Shown here: positions 1 through 13,058 of the stretch, piece after piece | Layout: each line of letters begins with the position of its first letter | Numbering within the stretch: the first letter of the stretch is position 1 | The notes under the pieces: model-generated | Database searches by the model: none | The model's input: the letters and a program-made list of their open reading frames with translations, nothing else | What the model was told of the DNA's origin: nothing | Program-made: the position numbers and the translations under genes | Source of the DNA: Octopus sinensis | Lineage: Eukaryota | Assembly (NCBI RefSeq): GCF_006345805.1 | Contig: NC_043001.1 | Coordinates: forward strand, 108,004,001 to 108,068,000 | DNA: 64,000 bases | Reading direction: 5' to 3'

Positions 1-1738
1 TTTGTCATTAAATTATATTTTAATTCTCCACCATTAAACGCTAATAATTACAAATATATACTTATGAAAAGCTAAATTACTTGTTCTGTATCATGCACTC
101 ACACATATATGTATAAGATTAAACAAATATTACTTTATGGATAGTGGGGAAATGCGCAAAAATGAAAGGGGGTCCCTTGGTACCCCAATGGCCTTTTGTG
201 TATTTCCAACCTCACCGGCCAACGAAAGTTTAAAAACGATAATAATCCTTTCTACTATAGGGCACAAGGCCTGGTGTTTTATGAGCGGGGGCTACTCGAA
301 TCCATCGACCTCAGCACTAGAGTAACATAATAATGAGCCAGTATCCATTCAAAATGACAGCCTCAATTAAATGAAACACCATTAACAATAAAAATGAATA
401 TTGTTTAGCGCAAGGCAGATAACCATGGTAGTCAAATTGATTAAAAATTGAACAGAGGTTTACGGTAGAGTTATAAGTTTGAGGTAGTGAATACACTGAC
501 GATTCCAGACATGCTCCAGCCTTATTTTGCCTGCTTGTTTTAGTCAACCTCACTTTCCCTAATATTATTGACAATCATAAATGTCAAAACATATCCTCGA
601 ATAGAAAAATGAGTAAAGCAAAAGAGAAGTATTAATTAAGGCTGTTTACACATCTTTTCTTTTATATTTTATATTAATATCTTGTTTCGAGGCAGATTTT
701 ACAGTTCATGCCTTTTAGAGCTGATAAACCTCGTCGTAGGATTCGACTGTATTGTCTGTCACTTCCACCTCGTCATGTTTCGTTTCTTTACTTTGTTACT
801 ACGAGGACCAGTTGCAGAACAACCAGTGGCTTGCCTACAATCCATATCATGTCCCACGTATCATGAAAATCAAATTTCCTCAGACTGTGATAGACTTTGG
901 CTGTGTTTACCGCCTGTCTATGAATTTGTTTTAATATTACTGAATGTGAATGAATGACTCTGTGGCTAACAATATTTCGTTTTGTCTCTTTACCACGTGT
1001 GCTCGAATCTAGCAGGTGATGAGTTTGTTTTATACCGCACCTTGCTTAAATTTATGACTTTATACCAGAACAAAGAAGTTAATATTTATTCCTAATCAGT
1101 TAATTAACTTATTCTCGTATTCCCTGAGCAATAATATGATTGTCACACCACTATGAAATGTAAGTAATTTTTATGTACCCAAATGAATAAGTACAACGCC
1201 AAAGGAAAGCTTTGTACTTTTGCCGATCGACTTGCAAATAATAGCAGCGAAATCTCCCTCTACCATTCTGTCTTTAACAAAAGAAATATTGTAGACGATA
1301 GACGGTCACGCTCTGTTTACTACCGACCACCCCCTCCATACAGAGACACACTGAAAGAACAAAAGAAACTGAGGAAAAACAACAATAGAGATATGTTGCT
1401 TTATAAAATCATATATGGTGGTTTTCTATTGAGGGCGCTTGGCCTAGTGGTTAGGGGTGCTGCACTCGCGATCTTTGGAGCCTAGTTTCAATTCCTAGAC
1501 CAGGTGTGGCGTTGCGTTATTGAGCAAAACATTTCAACTGACATTGCTTCGCTATTACTTTGACACCTGACGTAGGTTACACCGTTCACCTGTTCAGACT
1601 ATTTCGATTTGATGGAGGGAGTGAGCTAATGTACAACACATACATATGACCACTATAAACAAACCATTTGTGTACGTTGTTCTACTACAAATTGAAGAGC
1701 CGTCATTCTCGGACTACGAGAGACTCCCTCCATAAGGT

Positions 1739-2712
1739 ATATATATATGGAAATTTCTGTCTGTCTGTCTCTAAACCATCTTAGTGCCTAAACCAGCGAA
1801 CCAAAATTCATGAAACTTTGCATTCATGTTACTTATATCAAAGAAGGTGAAAGCAGTGGTGGAAATGGGATGATAACGTTACTACAGCTGTCATATACGC
1901 GCGACGCTGCATACATGCTTTCGCAAATACATAAATACAACACATACACACAGAAATGGTGGTGTGAGGAATACGTAGCGTTAAGGAGAGAGGGGGCAGG
2001 TGACTTTTCTGTTGGCCATTGCAAACAAATTCTCACACACAGACACACACATACATACGTACATACATACACACATATGTCTACTATACACCATTTTAAA
2101 CTTGTGATTACCTGTGTGTACGCTTGTAAATGTGTGTGTGTATGAGTGAGACGTCCTGTAACTGTCTGCCTATCTACCTTTGTAAGGTCCTCCCTGTTGC
2201 TGTCACATATTGTGAGATTTTAAAATTACGTCAACATTTCGAAATATATTATATTGAAATAATTTTCCACGTTAAATCCGATTTTGTTATTTTTTTTTGC
2301 TCCAGAAAAATTGCAAAAAATGTTACAGAGGTATAAAGTTTAATCAATTTTACCTAATCAGAAAGCAGGATTTGGAAGCAGGTATTTTCTGCATGATAGC
2401 TCTCTATCACGAAATGAAAGCAAGATCATCAGGAGAAGGCATTTTTATTAAACAAAATGAATTCAAAGCATTATGACGACCAAAGTTGTAAGAACTGATG
2501 AAGCTTTAATGAATAAAATCATGCGAAATGGTCGAACAGACATGTAAATAATTTAAAAAGTAAAAAGAACCCTCAACGAAGATTTTTGGCAAAAATTTGC
2601 ACAAATCTCTCTTATCTGTCGAGGAAGGCATGCTTTGACATGGAATAAATGAAAATTTATATAAGACAATCTATTGTAAAAATTGCCCGGCAACGATGGG
2701 CTATTCAGATAG
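1739..2712 (+). mobile_element. Non-autonomous Helitron/Helentron-like (HINE-type) element, degenerate
   Basis: 5' TATATAT..GGAAATTT followed by a (CTGT)n tract; 3' short hairpin gccc-ggcaacgat-gggc followed by ATAG|T (degenerate CTAG). The 3' end resembles that of the cleaner element at 27260-27647. Confidence 0.45.
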
Positions 2713-2801
2713 TTTTAAATAAAACTGCGAATCGAACTCGCGAGTCCATTTGACATCTTGACAATAACTTTCACCATTAATTCCCACTAATATTCTTGAA
2801 A

Positions 2802-3102
2802 GTGGAGGCACATGGCCTAGTGGTTGGAGCAGCGGACTCGCGGTCGAAGGATCGCGGGTTCGAATCTCAAACCGGGCGATGTGTGTGTTTATGAGCGAAA
2901 TACCTAAGCTCCACGCGGCTCCGGCAGAAGGTAATGGCGAACTTCTGCTGACTCTTTCGCCACAACCTTCTCTTACTCTTTCCTCCTGCATCTTGTAGCT
3001 CACCTGCGACGGACCGGTGTCCCGTCCGGGTGGGGAACCTATATGCCAAGGAAACCGGGAAACCGGCCCTAATGAGCCAGGCATAGCTCGAGGAGAAACA
3101 AA
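2802..3102 (+). mobile_element. tRNA-derived SINE (family A variant) with 14-bp TSD
   Basis: A-box TGGCCTAGTGG, B-box GGTTCGAATCTC; perfect TSD taatattcttgaaa at 2788-2801 and 3103-3116. Sister copy at ~62028-62295. Confidence 0.9.
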
Positions 3103-4520
3103 TAATATTCTTGAAAATTTCAGAATTTTCGACATATCGACAATTCCAAAATGTTTTGCTGTTTAAAATAAGAAACCTTTGTGATTTTAATCAAAAGGAA
3201 ATAAATATTAACTAATATTATTATTTTTATCGTCGTTCCCTTGTAGTGTATGAGTTGCACTGAGGATCTGTCGGGTAAAAGTCATTAGCCTGAGCGATGT
3301 CGCGTTGGAGTTTCCGCATTAGCAATTTTCAAACATCTGTGAGATCGTTTCTAATATTCAAACGAACAGGAAAATAATCAACCTTATATTGTTTTATCAA
3401 CAAAAGAGAAGTTTCCACGAAAAATTAACGGACAATTAATGAGTTATGAGTAGATTTTCACACGGATGTTTTTAACAAATCGAGGAAGGTTGACAGAGAA
3501 AGACAGTCTTAGTACATCACTTAAAATAGATAAATCCGTTTCAAATTTAATACCAGACGTAAAATACGAGAATGTAATGGATAAATCAGTCGTAAATAAT
3601 AGACATGTAGTGGAATGATTGTGTTTGGTTCGACACTCATCCACCATTGTATGTATGTGTATATATTATTTACAAACATACGTATATAAACACATATATG
3701 TATGTTCATAAAATACATACGGATTTAAGTGTATACACACACAAACATACACTTACGTACACAGGGCAGAGGAGGTCATGAGTACTCAACAGCCAATCAA
3801 AACTATATGTTTATGTATATACTGTTGTTATTCTATTCTATTTTATTTTTAGTTTATATTATTTTATTGTATTTTATATGCTTATATATTTTATTTTATT
3901 CAAATTTTACATATTCCAATTTTTAGGTAGAAATTAGGGGCTCCTTAACCGTGGTGAAGGCATCCCATCTAGGAGAGGGAAACTTCCGATATAAAATCAG
4001 GTATTTGATTGCTGGGGGTCTCCTTAACAGTGCTATACCGTCAGCAAACTTTGACTCGGAGGGTAAACTAGGCTCTCCAGCTTGTTTATAGCGGCTTGTC
4101 TGAGAGATGAAAACCTCTGAAGAAAAACCAGAGATGTATTGTACTTGGCATCGTGGCACATATGTGCACCATATTCTTGCTATCATCACTCCCAAAAAGC
4201 CTTTAGCACTTAAATCAAATCATACATCTTGATTCAATAGCTCAGTTCCAACTCGCAAAGACAAAATGTCATCTAGCGAGAGAGTGAAAGCAACAGGGAT
4301 AGGTAAACAGGTAAAGTATATTACCTGAAGTCTCTTGTTGGATCTCTACACGGTCGCCGACCATTGGGTGATGGCCTTTCTAGCACAGAACTTGTGAGTA
4401 ACTGTCCTCTCCGAGTTCTCCAATGGTGACAAAGCAGGTCTATTTAAACGCAGCTCTGCTTTCACCTTAAACTTGACAGCCCGCTACAGCTGTCTGGTTA
4501 TTCAGTAACGCAGTCGAAAC

Positions 4521-6925
4521 ATGAAGAAATCCAAGAATATTAACCTTGGTTCTTGGAATGTGCGCATTCTCCAAGAGGATAACTAATTCAGCACTAGAAC
4601 GAAAAACAGCACTGGTTGCCCTTGAACTAAAGAAATACAACATTGACGTAGCTGCACTCAGTGAAATTCGTCTTGCAGGATCATCGCAGTTAGAGGAAAG
4701 TAAAGGTGGATATATATTTTTCTGGTGTGGAAGAAATGAGGACGAGCTGCGCCACTCTGGCGCTGGTTTCGCCGTCAAGGCAGAAATAGCTAGATCCTTT
4801 CTTTCTTTACCCAAAGGTATTTCTGATCACATCGTGAAACTAACGTTGGAACTTGATCATAACACTCGGGCTACGCTTGTCAGTTGCTATGCTCCAACTA
4901 TGGTCAGCACTGAGCAGGAAAAGGATGGTTTTACAACCTGTCCTCTCCAGCTGGCACCATAGAGATAAACTTATTCTTATGGGCGTCTTCATTGGTACTT
5001 GTATTGGTACTGACTATTAAACATGGAAGGGTGTACTTGGTCGCCATAGTGTATGTCGGATGATCTCCAGCGGTCTGCATTCGCTCTGCATCTGCAGGGA
5101 ATTCAGTCGAAGCATGACAAATACCATTTTTCCAACATCGGAATTGTTGCAAGACGTCCTGAATGCATCCTAGATCTAAGGATTGACATATCAAAGACTT
5201 GAAAAACATGGCTCTTGCTGGATCCCTCCAAAGTCGGCGACCATTGGGTGATAGCCTTTCCACCACAGAACTTGTGAGTAACTGTGCTATCCGTTTCCTC
5301 CCCAGATGTTATTACTAAGAAACGAAATATTAGGAACTTTAACGTTACACGTTCCTTTCATAACGCCTGCTATCTCTGACCATTCGCTTTTTCGTAGTTA
5401 AGGTTACGTTCGATCTGAAACATACAAGACTACAAAAGTCATCATGGCCTAAACACATCAATCTTCTGCCTTTGAAACCGCTGAAAAGCAGACTGAGATC
5501 TCTATCAAGCTGGACACTGCACTCAACACTTGATATCAGTGATGACATAGAATCATCTTCGAAGGCTCTGCGTGATGCAACACATTCTGCATTCGTTGAG
5601 ATTCCTGGACTTCCTGTTCGTAAACATCAAGATTGGTTCAGTGATAAAACTACATATGTTCAACATTTGATAGATAAAATGTACAGCTCTCATAAAACAT
5701 GGATAAATGATAAGAGCTCATCCAGAAAGGCGAATACTTTTAAGAAATACAGAGGCCAGGGCCAACGTGCTCTGTGACAGAAGGCTTGTTGGTTTTCCAA
5801 GGCAACTGAATTCCAAGAAGTCACGGACAGAAAGGATTCTAAAGTTCTCTATGATGACCTCAAGAAAGTGTATGGTCCTCAAGAGCACGGTACTACTCCG
5901 ATTTTTTCATCCAATGGAGAAACACTTTTAACTGATAAATATCCTGAAACGATAGAAAGACCACTTCGAAGCTGTGTCGAGCTCCATCTCAGTCACTAAT
6001 GATGACGCCATAATGTCTATTCCACAGCACGCCGAGATACCGGAATTGTCTCTGGAGCCAACCTTCTTGGAAGTGGTAAACTCTGTTAAAGAGAACTCTT
6101 CTGGTAAAGCATTCGTCAAGGCGCTGTCCTTCTTGAAATCTACAAGCATGGTGGACAGAAGCTCTTCAAGAAATTGCATGACCTTTTCATAAATATTTGA
6201 GAGTAGGCCGTGTACCACAATACTTTAAGGATGCCCTCTTTCAACATCTTTATAAGAACAAACGAAATTGAAGTGTCTGTGATAACCATCGTGGGATATC
6301 ACTTCTGTCGATTGCTGGTAAGATTCTTACTCGACTCGTCATAAATTATATCTATCCAGAATCACAATGCGGATTTCGCTCTGGTCGTGGCACTATCGGC
6401 ATGATCTTTGCCCTTCGTCAAGTTATCGAGAAGATACGAGAGAAAAATCAAGAGTTGTTCATGGTTTCCGTTGACCTTACTAAGGCCTTCGACACTATTA
6501 ACCAGCAAGCACCATGGAAGGTTCTGAAAAAAACTGACAAGATGTTAAATGTTATCATCTCTTTTCACGAGAGGATGAAGGCAGCTACCGTGTCCAGCGG
6601 GGAATCTTCGGCTTCCTTCGATGTTACAAACAGCACAAAACAAGGTTGTGTTATGGCCCCTGTGTTCTTTGCACTCTTCGTTTTAGTGATGCTGAGGTAC
6701 GCATTTGGTAACATACAAATTTGTGTCCAATTCCAGTTTGAGTGGTGGACTATTTAATCATCGGTGTTACAAAGCCAAAACACTGCTACGCACCAGTATC
6801 ATCCGTGATCTGCCTTTTGCAGATGATGTAAACACTAGTAGCGACCTCTTTGGCGGACGCTCATAAACTTCTACATCGGTCATCTGCTGTATGTAAAGCC
6901 TTTGGATTGAACATCTCCTTGCCCT
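4521..6925 (+). mobile_element. Decayed RTE-clade LINE (APE + RT relic; probable 5' UTR back to ~3915)
   Basis: MKKSKNINLGSWNVR, KTALVALELKKYNIDVAALSEIR, LVSCYAPT and SDHSLFRS (APE); RTE-type RT motifs YPESQCGFRSGRGT, MIFALRQVIEK..VDLTKAFDT, KQGCVMAP and FADD. Many stops and frameshifts; 3'-truncated. Confidence 0.92.
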
Positions 6926-7014
6926 ACTCCTAAGCAAATCTGAGGTGTCAAGCTGGGTCACCGGTTCACAGTTTCCTTGACAATCCTATATGTATGCATA
7001 TATATATATATAAT

Positions 7015-7075
<61 letters not shown>

Positions 7076-7091
7076 ATACATATATATGTAA

Positions 7092-7122
<31 letters not shown>

Positions 7123-8085
7123 ATATATATATGCATATATACAATCAGACATATATAAACAAATATACATATAAATATACACTTGCACATGCACACACAT
7201 ACACATGTACACACATACACACACATATATACATACACGCAGACACACAATCATACATAAGAATATATTTATGCATACATGTATATATGTATGTATGTAT
7301 GTCTCAAATTCATTGTTTGTTACTCAAGATTTTGAATTGTCAAACAATTATGCAACGGATAATTCTGTTAAGAATTTCTTGTCATTTAAATTTTTTTTTT
7401 CAAATTTTATTCGAGTTTGAAATTACATGTTAATGATTACACAATTTTCTCAAAAGACGTATTTCAATTTCTCGCATTGTGTGAGTATAATTTTGCAATT
7501 CTCATCAGTTTGAAGTCTTTCTGTGTGTGTGTGTATGTGTATGTGTGTGTGTATGTGTGTGAGTTTTATTTTCGTTTTGCAATTCCTTTTCGTTTTGGGA
7601 TGACGACTGATTAGCATATCCCGAAAGTAACTAACGACTAAAGAATACAATGCCATTTTCTCTTGTGAATAAATAAGCCATTTGCGGCGCCAGTCTTCTT
7701 TCTCGCATCCGTTTACTCACATCCATTTATACTGTGCTTCTTTCATTGATCGGTTTTCTATTGAAACAAATAACAAATGGCCTTTTTATTATTTTGAAAA
7801 TACTTAGAACACAACGTAAACGTTTTTGTCCATAGATTGTCTGATAAAAATTAACATTGTTGTTCTACTTTATCTTATACCAAGAAGGTTCTACCGTGAC
7901 GTGGAAAAGCAACACGTAGATATATGAATATGTATGTCTAAGCAAACTGTTGACATACTAATATATTTACGGCTCTCATTCATTCGTACATACAAACATA
8001 CATACATATATGTATGTATGTATGCATGTATGTATGTATGTATGTATGTATGTATGTATGTATGTATATGTATATATATATATGT

Positions 8086-8128
<43 letters not shown>

Positions 8129-8219
8129 ATATATATACATACATATCAATATATGCATATATACATACATATATGTAATACCTATATATATATATGTATA
8201 TATACATGCATGTATGAGT

Positions 8220-8600
8220 ACAAGACATAAAAAAACGTTGAACACAATGAGAAACGAAAACATAAAAATAAAAACATAGAAACGAACTTTTTTCTAACTA
8301 CAAAAACACCCCCCCACCAAAAAAAAAACCCAAAGAGAAACGAGACACAACACAAGGAATATTCCCCTTCTTCAGTTGTCCCTGTTTCGTCTACTCCGCG
8401 TTCCGAAGGTAAGGACAAGACGCGACTTCGTTGAAACAACCCTTCCCGCAAAGCAAATTAAATACAATTCGGGATTTTTTGCGAAGTGTGAAAGTGGTAA
8501 CAAGAACAGGACAGTGAGAACTTTTGTTTTTACGTTTTCGTTCCTCCTTGTGTTCAAAGTTTCTTTGATGTCCTGTACCCATATATGCATGTATATATGT
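8220..8600. repeat. Degenerate inverted-repeat relic, probably PLE-terminal
   Basis: 8220-8285 (caagacataaaaaaacgttgaacacaatgagaaacgaaaac..) is an imperfect reverse complement of 8520-8580. A decayed HHR-like string (GTC...GAC GAAAC) lies on the minus strand at ~8375-8440. Confidence 0.4.
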
Positions 8601-8692
8601 AGTATGTACATATATGTATGTATATATGCATATATTTATATATTATTTATATTATTATATGATCGAACGCCGCGCATCCTATTCGAAGTATG

Positions 8693-8748
<56 letters not shown>

Positions 8749-8821
8749 TATATATATAGTTAATCCAAACAAGAAAACACAGAAAAAAACACAGCAACGC
8801 TCAGGAAAGAAGGGAAGGAGG

Positions 8822-8856
8822 GTTTAACGTTTCGAGCGGAGCTCTTCGTCGGAAAC
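8822..8856 (-). ncRNA. Minimal type I hammerhead ribozyme motif (PLE-type, U4C variant)
   Basis: Minus strand reads guuu-CCGACGA-A-GAGC-ucc-GCUC-GAAA-C-GUU-aaac: 4-bp stem I, 4-bp stem II and a palindromic ACGU stem III that could only form in a dimer. Activity not shown. Confidence 0.6.
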
Positions 8857-9072
8857 AAGGAGAAGGAAAGATCCCAAGAAGGGAAGACAGAGGAAAAAAT
8901 ATTTTTGCTGGTGGTGCTCAAGAGATCACATGTATGTAACTACATGCGGATTGCTGACGATTTTTTTCTCTGTCTTCCATTTCTCTTCGACTTTACTCTG
9001 TTAATACTTTGTACGTAACATGTCCACGCGTTGTTGTTTATTTTTTCCTTGTGATCTGTCTTCGTTTTTTTA

Positions 9073-9160
<88 letters not shown>

Positions 9161-9164
9161 AAGG

Positions 9165-9481
9165 AGCACTCCGTCGGTTATGACGACGAGGGCCCCAGCT
9201 GATACGATCAACGGAACAGCTTGCTCGTGAAACTAACGTGCAAGTAGCTGAGCACTCCACAGACACGTGTACCCCTAACGTAGTTCGCGGGGAAATTCAG
9301 CGTCACAGTGTGACAAAGCTGGCCCTTTGAAATACAGGTACTACTCATTTGTACCAGTCGAATGGACTGGAGCAATGTGAAATAAAGTGTCTTGCTCAAG
9401 GACACAACGCGTCGCCGGGAATCGAAGTCACGACCATACAATCGTGAGCCGAATGCCCTAACCATTAAGCTATGCCCCTTC
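9165..9481 (-). mobile_element. tRNA-derived SINE, chimeric (family B/CORE-like head + family A 3' half)
   Basis: Head and body (gtgtccttgagcaagacactttatttcac) match family B copies; the 3' part (..gtcgtcataaccgacggagtgc) matches family A copies at 32035 and 42161. Confidence 0.75.
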
Positions 9482-9691
9482 ACACACACACAGACACAAA
9501 TATAAACACATATATATATAATGTACATAGATATGTATATATGTATACACATACACATATATATATATATACATAAACACACACACATATATACATACAT
9601 ATACATACATACATATATATATATAATGTACATAGATATATATATAATGTACATAGATATGTATATATGTATAATATGCATATATATATAT

Positions 9692-9751
<60 letters not shown>

Positions 9752-10099
9752 CACAAATACATATACATATATATATTATATATATATATATATATATAAT
9801 GTATACATATGTATACACATACACATATAACATGAATTGACTATTATATTAAATATATTGATTATTCTATGTATGCATTCTCCATTTTCTTGGTATATGT
9901 GCGCGTATATGTATGTGTGTGTGTGTGTGTGTGTGTATGTGCATGTGTGTTTGTGGCGCTGGTACCGGTATCTTCTTTGAGGCTCTCCGTGATGCTGGTC
10001 CGGGCTTGATTATTATCTCTGGGCGTGGCACCTGTGTTGCCGTGAGACCCGTTTAACCCGTTAATAATATTTCTGATCGAAGTTACATTACTATTATTA

Positions 10100-10510
10100 C
10101 CGATATTAAGGTCTAGGTATCACCGTAGCCTCATAGTTGACCCCTTCAACCTCGCATCGGTCTCCTACTGGACAGTTATTATATACCCTGCAAGAGCAAC
10201 CTGCCTCATCCATTGTATTGTGGGTGGTTGATAAAATATTTCGTTTTTGGATTTGGTTTGCAAGATTCTTTATATGAGTTCGTGTGTTGAAACATATTCT
10301 GTCGTGTCTGGGGAGAGTCATTCTCTTTTGGTGCCTTATAATTTAACACACTCACCGGTAAAATTTCCACGTATTTTATAGTTTTTTTTCCCTAGTTTGC
10401 AAGACGCAACGAAAATTTTAGGAAAATAAAAATAAAGAATAAGTGGAAATTTTACAGGTGAGTGTGTTAAATTATACGACACAAAAAGAAAATGACCCTC
10501 CTCAGACATA
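10100..10510 (-). mobile_element. Penelope-like element relic ending in a ~65-bp inverted repeat
   Basis: Minus frame LPRHDRICFNTRTHIKNLANQIQKRN..GCSCRVYNNCPVGDRCEVEGVNYEATV matches the PLE Cys-rich linker between RT and GIY-YIG (CxC..CP...C....V.Y.ATV). IR arms at ~10306-10370 and ~10443-10507. Confidence 0.75.
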
Positions 10511-10737
10511 ACTTGATAAAATGTTTTCTAAATGTATCCACTACAAGCGCTACTTACTAGAAAATTGAAACTCCCCGTTTGTTTGTTAGGCCTCTCCGAA
10601 TCTACAAAGGTTTCTTTTCCCTACCTCTGATTGAAGGGAAATAACCCGTACTCATTAACGTCTTTTGGCATTCCTCGTGTTTTGAACGCTTCCTCACGTC
10701 TGCGACGTAGATATTTTAAAATTTTGTGGCATATTAC

Positions 10738-11272
10738 CAGCCACTGTACGCCACTAGCACAGAGGGAATATAAGAGACGTCACGACAATATAGCCAGGCT
10801 TGACCATTGGACACTTTGCAATATGTATGGACTTGACAGAGCAAAACATTGGTACAACCACATAACTGAAGGCATCATCGAAAATGATAATGCAAAGATC
10901 CTATGGGATTTTATGATTCAGTGCAACCATGAGATAGAAAATAGGAAGCCGGACATAGACTTAATTGAGAAAGAAAACAAACTATGCTGTATCATAGATA
11001 TAGCATGCACAGCTGGCAACAAGGTATGCGATAAGGAAGAAAGAAAAGTCGAGAGATATGACAGGTTAGCTTGGGAAGTTAAGCAGTTGTAGTCGATGAA
11101 AGAGGTAGTAGTAGTAGTACCAATAATTGTCGGAGCCCTGGTAACAGTGAGCAAAAATCTCGAGAAGTATGTGGGACAAAAAGGGGCTGCAATAAGGGTG
11201 GATCACTTACAGAAAACAGCACTGCTTGGAACCGCTCGAATACTCCGGAAAGTACTCGAAAAACAAGATCTC
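10738..11272 (+). mobile_element. R4/Dong-clade (RLE) LINE 3' fragment
   Basis: HITSHCTPLAQREYKRRHDNIA, KILWDFMIQCNHEIENRKPDIDLIEKENKLCCIIDIAC (PD..D restriction-like endonuclease), KVERYDRLAWE and VVPIIVGALVTV..LQKTALLGTARILRKVL. Confidence 0.88.
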
Positions 11273-11324
11273 AGTGCTCGACTAGTACTTAATTTGTCAA
11301 CCCAGCGAGGATGAAAGGCAAAAT

Positions 11325-11790
11325 TTGAGCTCAGAACTTAAAGACGGACGAAATATCGCTAAACATTTTGTTTGGCGCGGTAATTATACTAATAATCCAT
11401 TCTTTTGGAGGTACAAGGCCCCACATTTGTAGGGAAGGAACTAGCCGATTATATCGACCTCAGTGCGAAACTGGTATTAATTTAGCGACCTCGAAGGATG
11501 AAGGTGAAGTCGACCTCGGCGGAATTTGAACTCAGAACTTAAAGACGGACGAAATAATCGCTAAACATTTTGTTTGGCGCGGTAATTATACTAATAATCC
11601 ATTCTTTTGGAGGTACAAGGCCCCACATTTGTAGGGAAGGAACTAGCCGATTATATCGACCTCAGTGCGAAACTGGTATTTAATTTAGCGACCTCGAAAG
11701 GATGAAAGGTGAAGTCGACCTCGGCGGAATTTGAACTCAGAACTTAAAGACGGACGAAATATCGTTAAGCATTTTTTTCGGCGCGGTAAT
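11325..11790 (-). repeat. Tandem array (~2.3 units, period 201-205 bp) of family D SINE fragment plus flank
   Basis: tcagaacttaaagacggacgaaat recurs at 11331, 11532 and 11737; the units include the same non-SINE linker. Confidence 0.85.
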
Positions 11791-11799
11791 TACAATAAT

Positions 11800-12056
11800 G
11801 TGGAGGCGCGTGGCTTAGTGGTTAGGATGTCAGCATCATGACCGTAAGATTGTTGTTTCGATTCATGGACCGGGCGACGTGTTGTGTTCTTGAGCAAAAC
11901 ACTTCATTTCACGTTGCTCCAGTCCACTCAGCTGTAAAAAATGAGTAAAGCTGCGATGGACAGGCGTCCCGTCAAGCTGGGAAACATACGCCATTGAAAC
12001 CGTGAAACCGGGCCCATGAGCCTGGATAGGCTTTAAAAGGGCGCAAATATTATTAT
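11800..12056 (+). mobile_element. tRNA-derived CORE-like SINE (family B) with 13-bp TSD
   Basis: A-box TGGCTTAGTGG, B-box GTTTCGATTC; CORE-like ttgagcaaaacacttcatttcacgttgctccag; TSD taattacaataat at 11787-11799 and 12057-12069. Confidence 0.9.
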
Positions 12057-12399
12057 TAATTACAATAATAATGAGAATATTTTTCTCTCTCCTGTAAGTA
12101 CAAGGCCTGAATATTTGTGTGTGCGTGTGGTGGCGGGGAGGTATAATCGATTACATCGATTCCAGTGATCAGCTGGTACGTATTTTATTATTGACCCCGA
12201 ATGAAATCAAAGGCAAAGTCAACCTCGGCGGAATTTGAACTCAGAACGTAAACACGGACGAAATGAAAACGATTCAGTCAACTGTCCGGAGCTCTGAGGG
12301 CCCCGCCCTCTACATGTTAACCCTACTAAAACACAGATTCAAAGGGGCCCAGTAAACAGTTATGCCCGAGGGTCCTTTATACTCTCAGTCCGCCCTTGG

Positions 12400-12590
12400 T
12401 CTTAATAATCCTTTGACGACCAATGTTGGTGTGTTTAGGTTCCTGCAACTTAGTGGTTCGGCAAAAGAGACTGATAGAATAAGTACTAGGTTTACAAAGA
12501 ATAAGTCCTGGGTCGATTTGTTAGACTAAAGGCGGTGCTCCAGCATGGCCACAGTCAAATGACTGAAACAAGTAAAAGAGTAAAAGAATA
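12400..12590 (+). mobile_element. SINE family C, 3' half
   Basis: Matches the 3' half of the full copy at 16570-16996 (cttagcggttcggcaaaagagaccgatagaataagtact..cagtcaaatgactgaaacaagtaaaagag). Confidence 0.8.
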
Positions 12591-13016
12591 ATAGGTACAA
12601 ATCCTGAAATTTTAAGGTTGGGGGCTTGTCGATTACTTCGGCCCCGTCCGGGGAGCTACCGATTTTGTCTTGATAATAGCAATAAATCTAATTATAATGA
12701 TATGCACGTGCGCGCATGTATTTAATGAAGAGAATGCATGAATCTAGATTCAACAGCATGTTTTTATTGGGATCCAAAAAAAAACGGTCAAAAGAGACAA
12801 ACATAACTGGAAATAAACGCGAAAAGTAAAGAAAAAATACAGCGTATTAAAAGCGGTGTAAGGGAAATAACTCTTGATATCTCTCTTTTAATGGTAGATT
12901 TTAATGTTGATAATTGAAAATATTTCTCGTTGTTTAAGTCTAGTGTTTTGTGAAGCCTCTGGCCTAGCAAAGCCTTGTGAGTGGATTTGGTAGACGGACA
13001 TGGGATGAAGGCCGCA

Positions 13017-13058
<42 letters not shown>

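Noticed and set aside
682-1485. ORFs 682-957, 752-934 and 1183-1485
   Set aside because: No recognisable motifs and no consistent splice structure.
2905-2952. HDV/CPEB3-like strings in SINE family A (AGC-UCCACGCG-GCU ... CGAA-CUUCUGCUG)
   Set aside because: The partner of the would-be P2 3' strand lies downstream of P3, giving two simple hairpins rather than the nested double pseudoknot; no P1 found.
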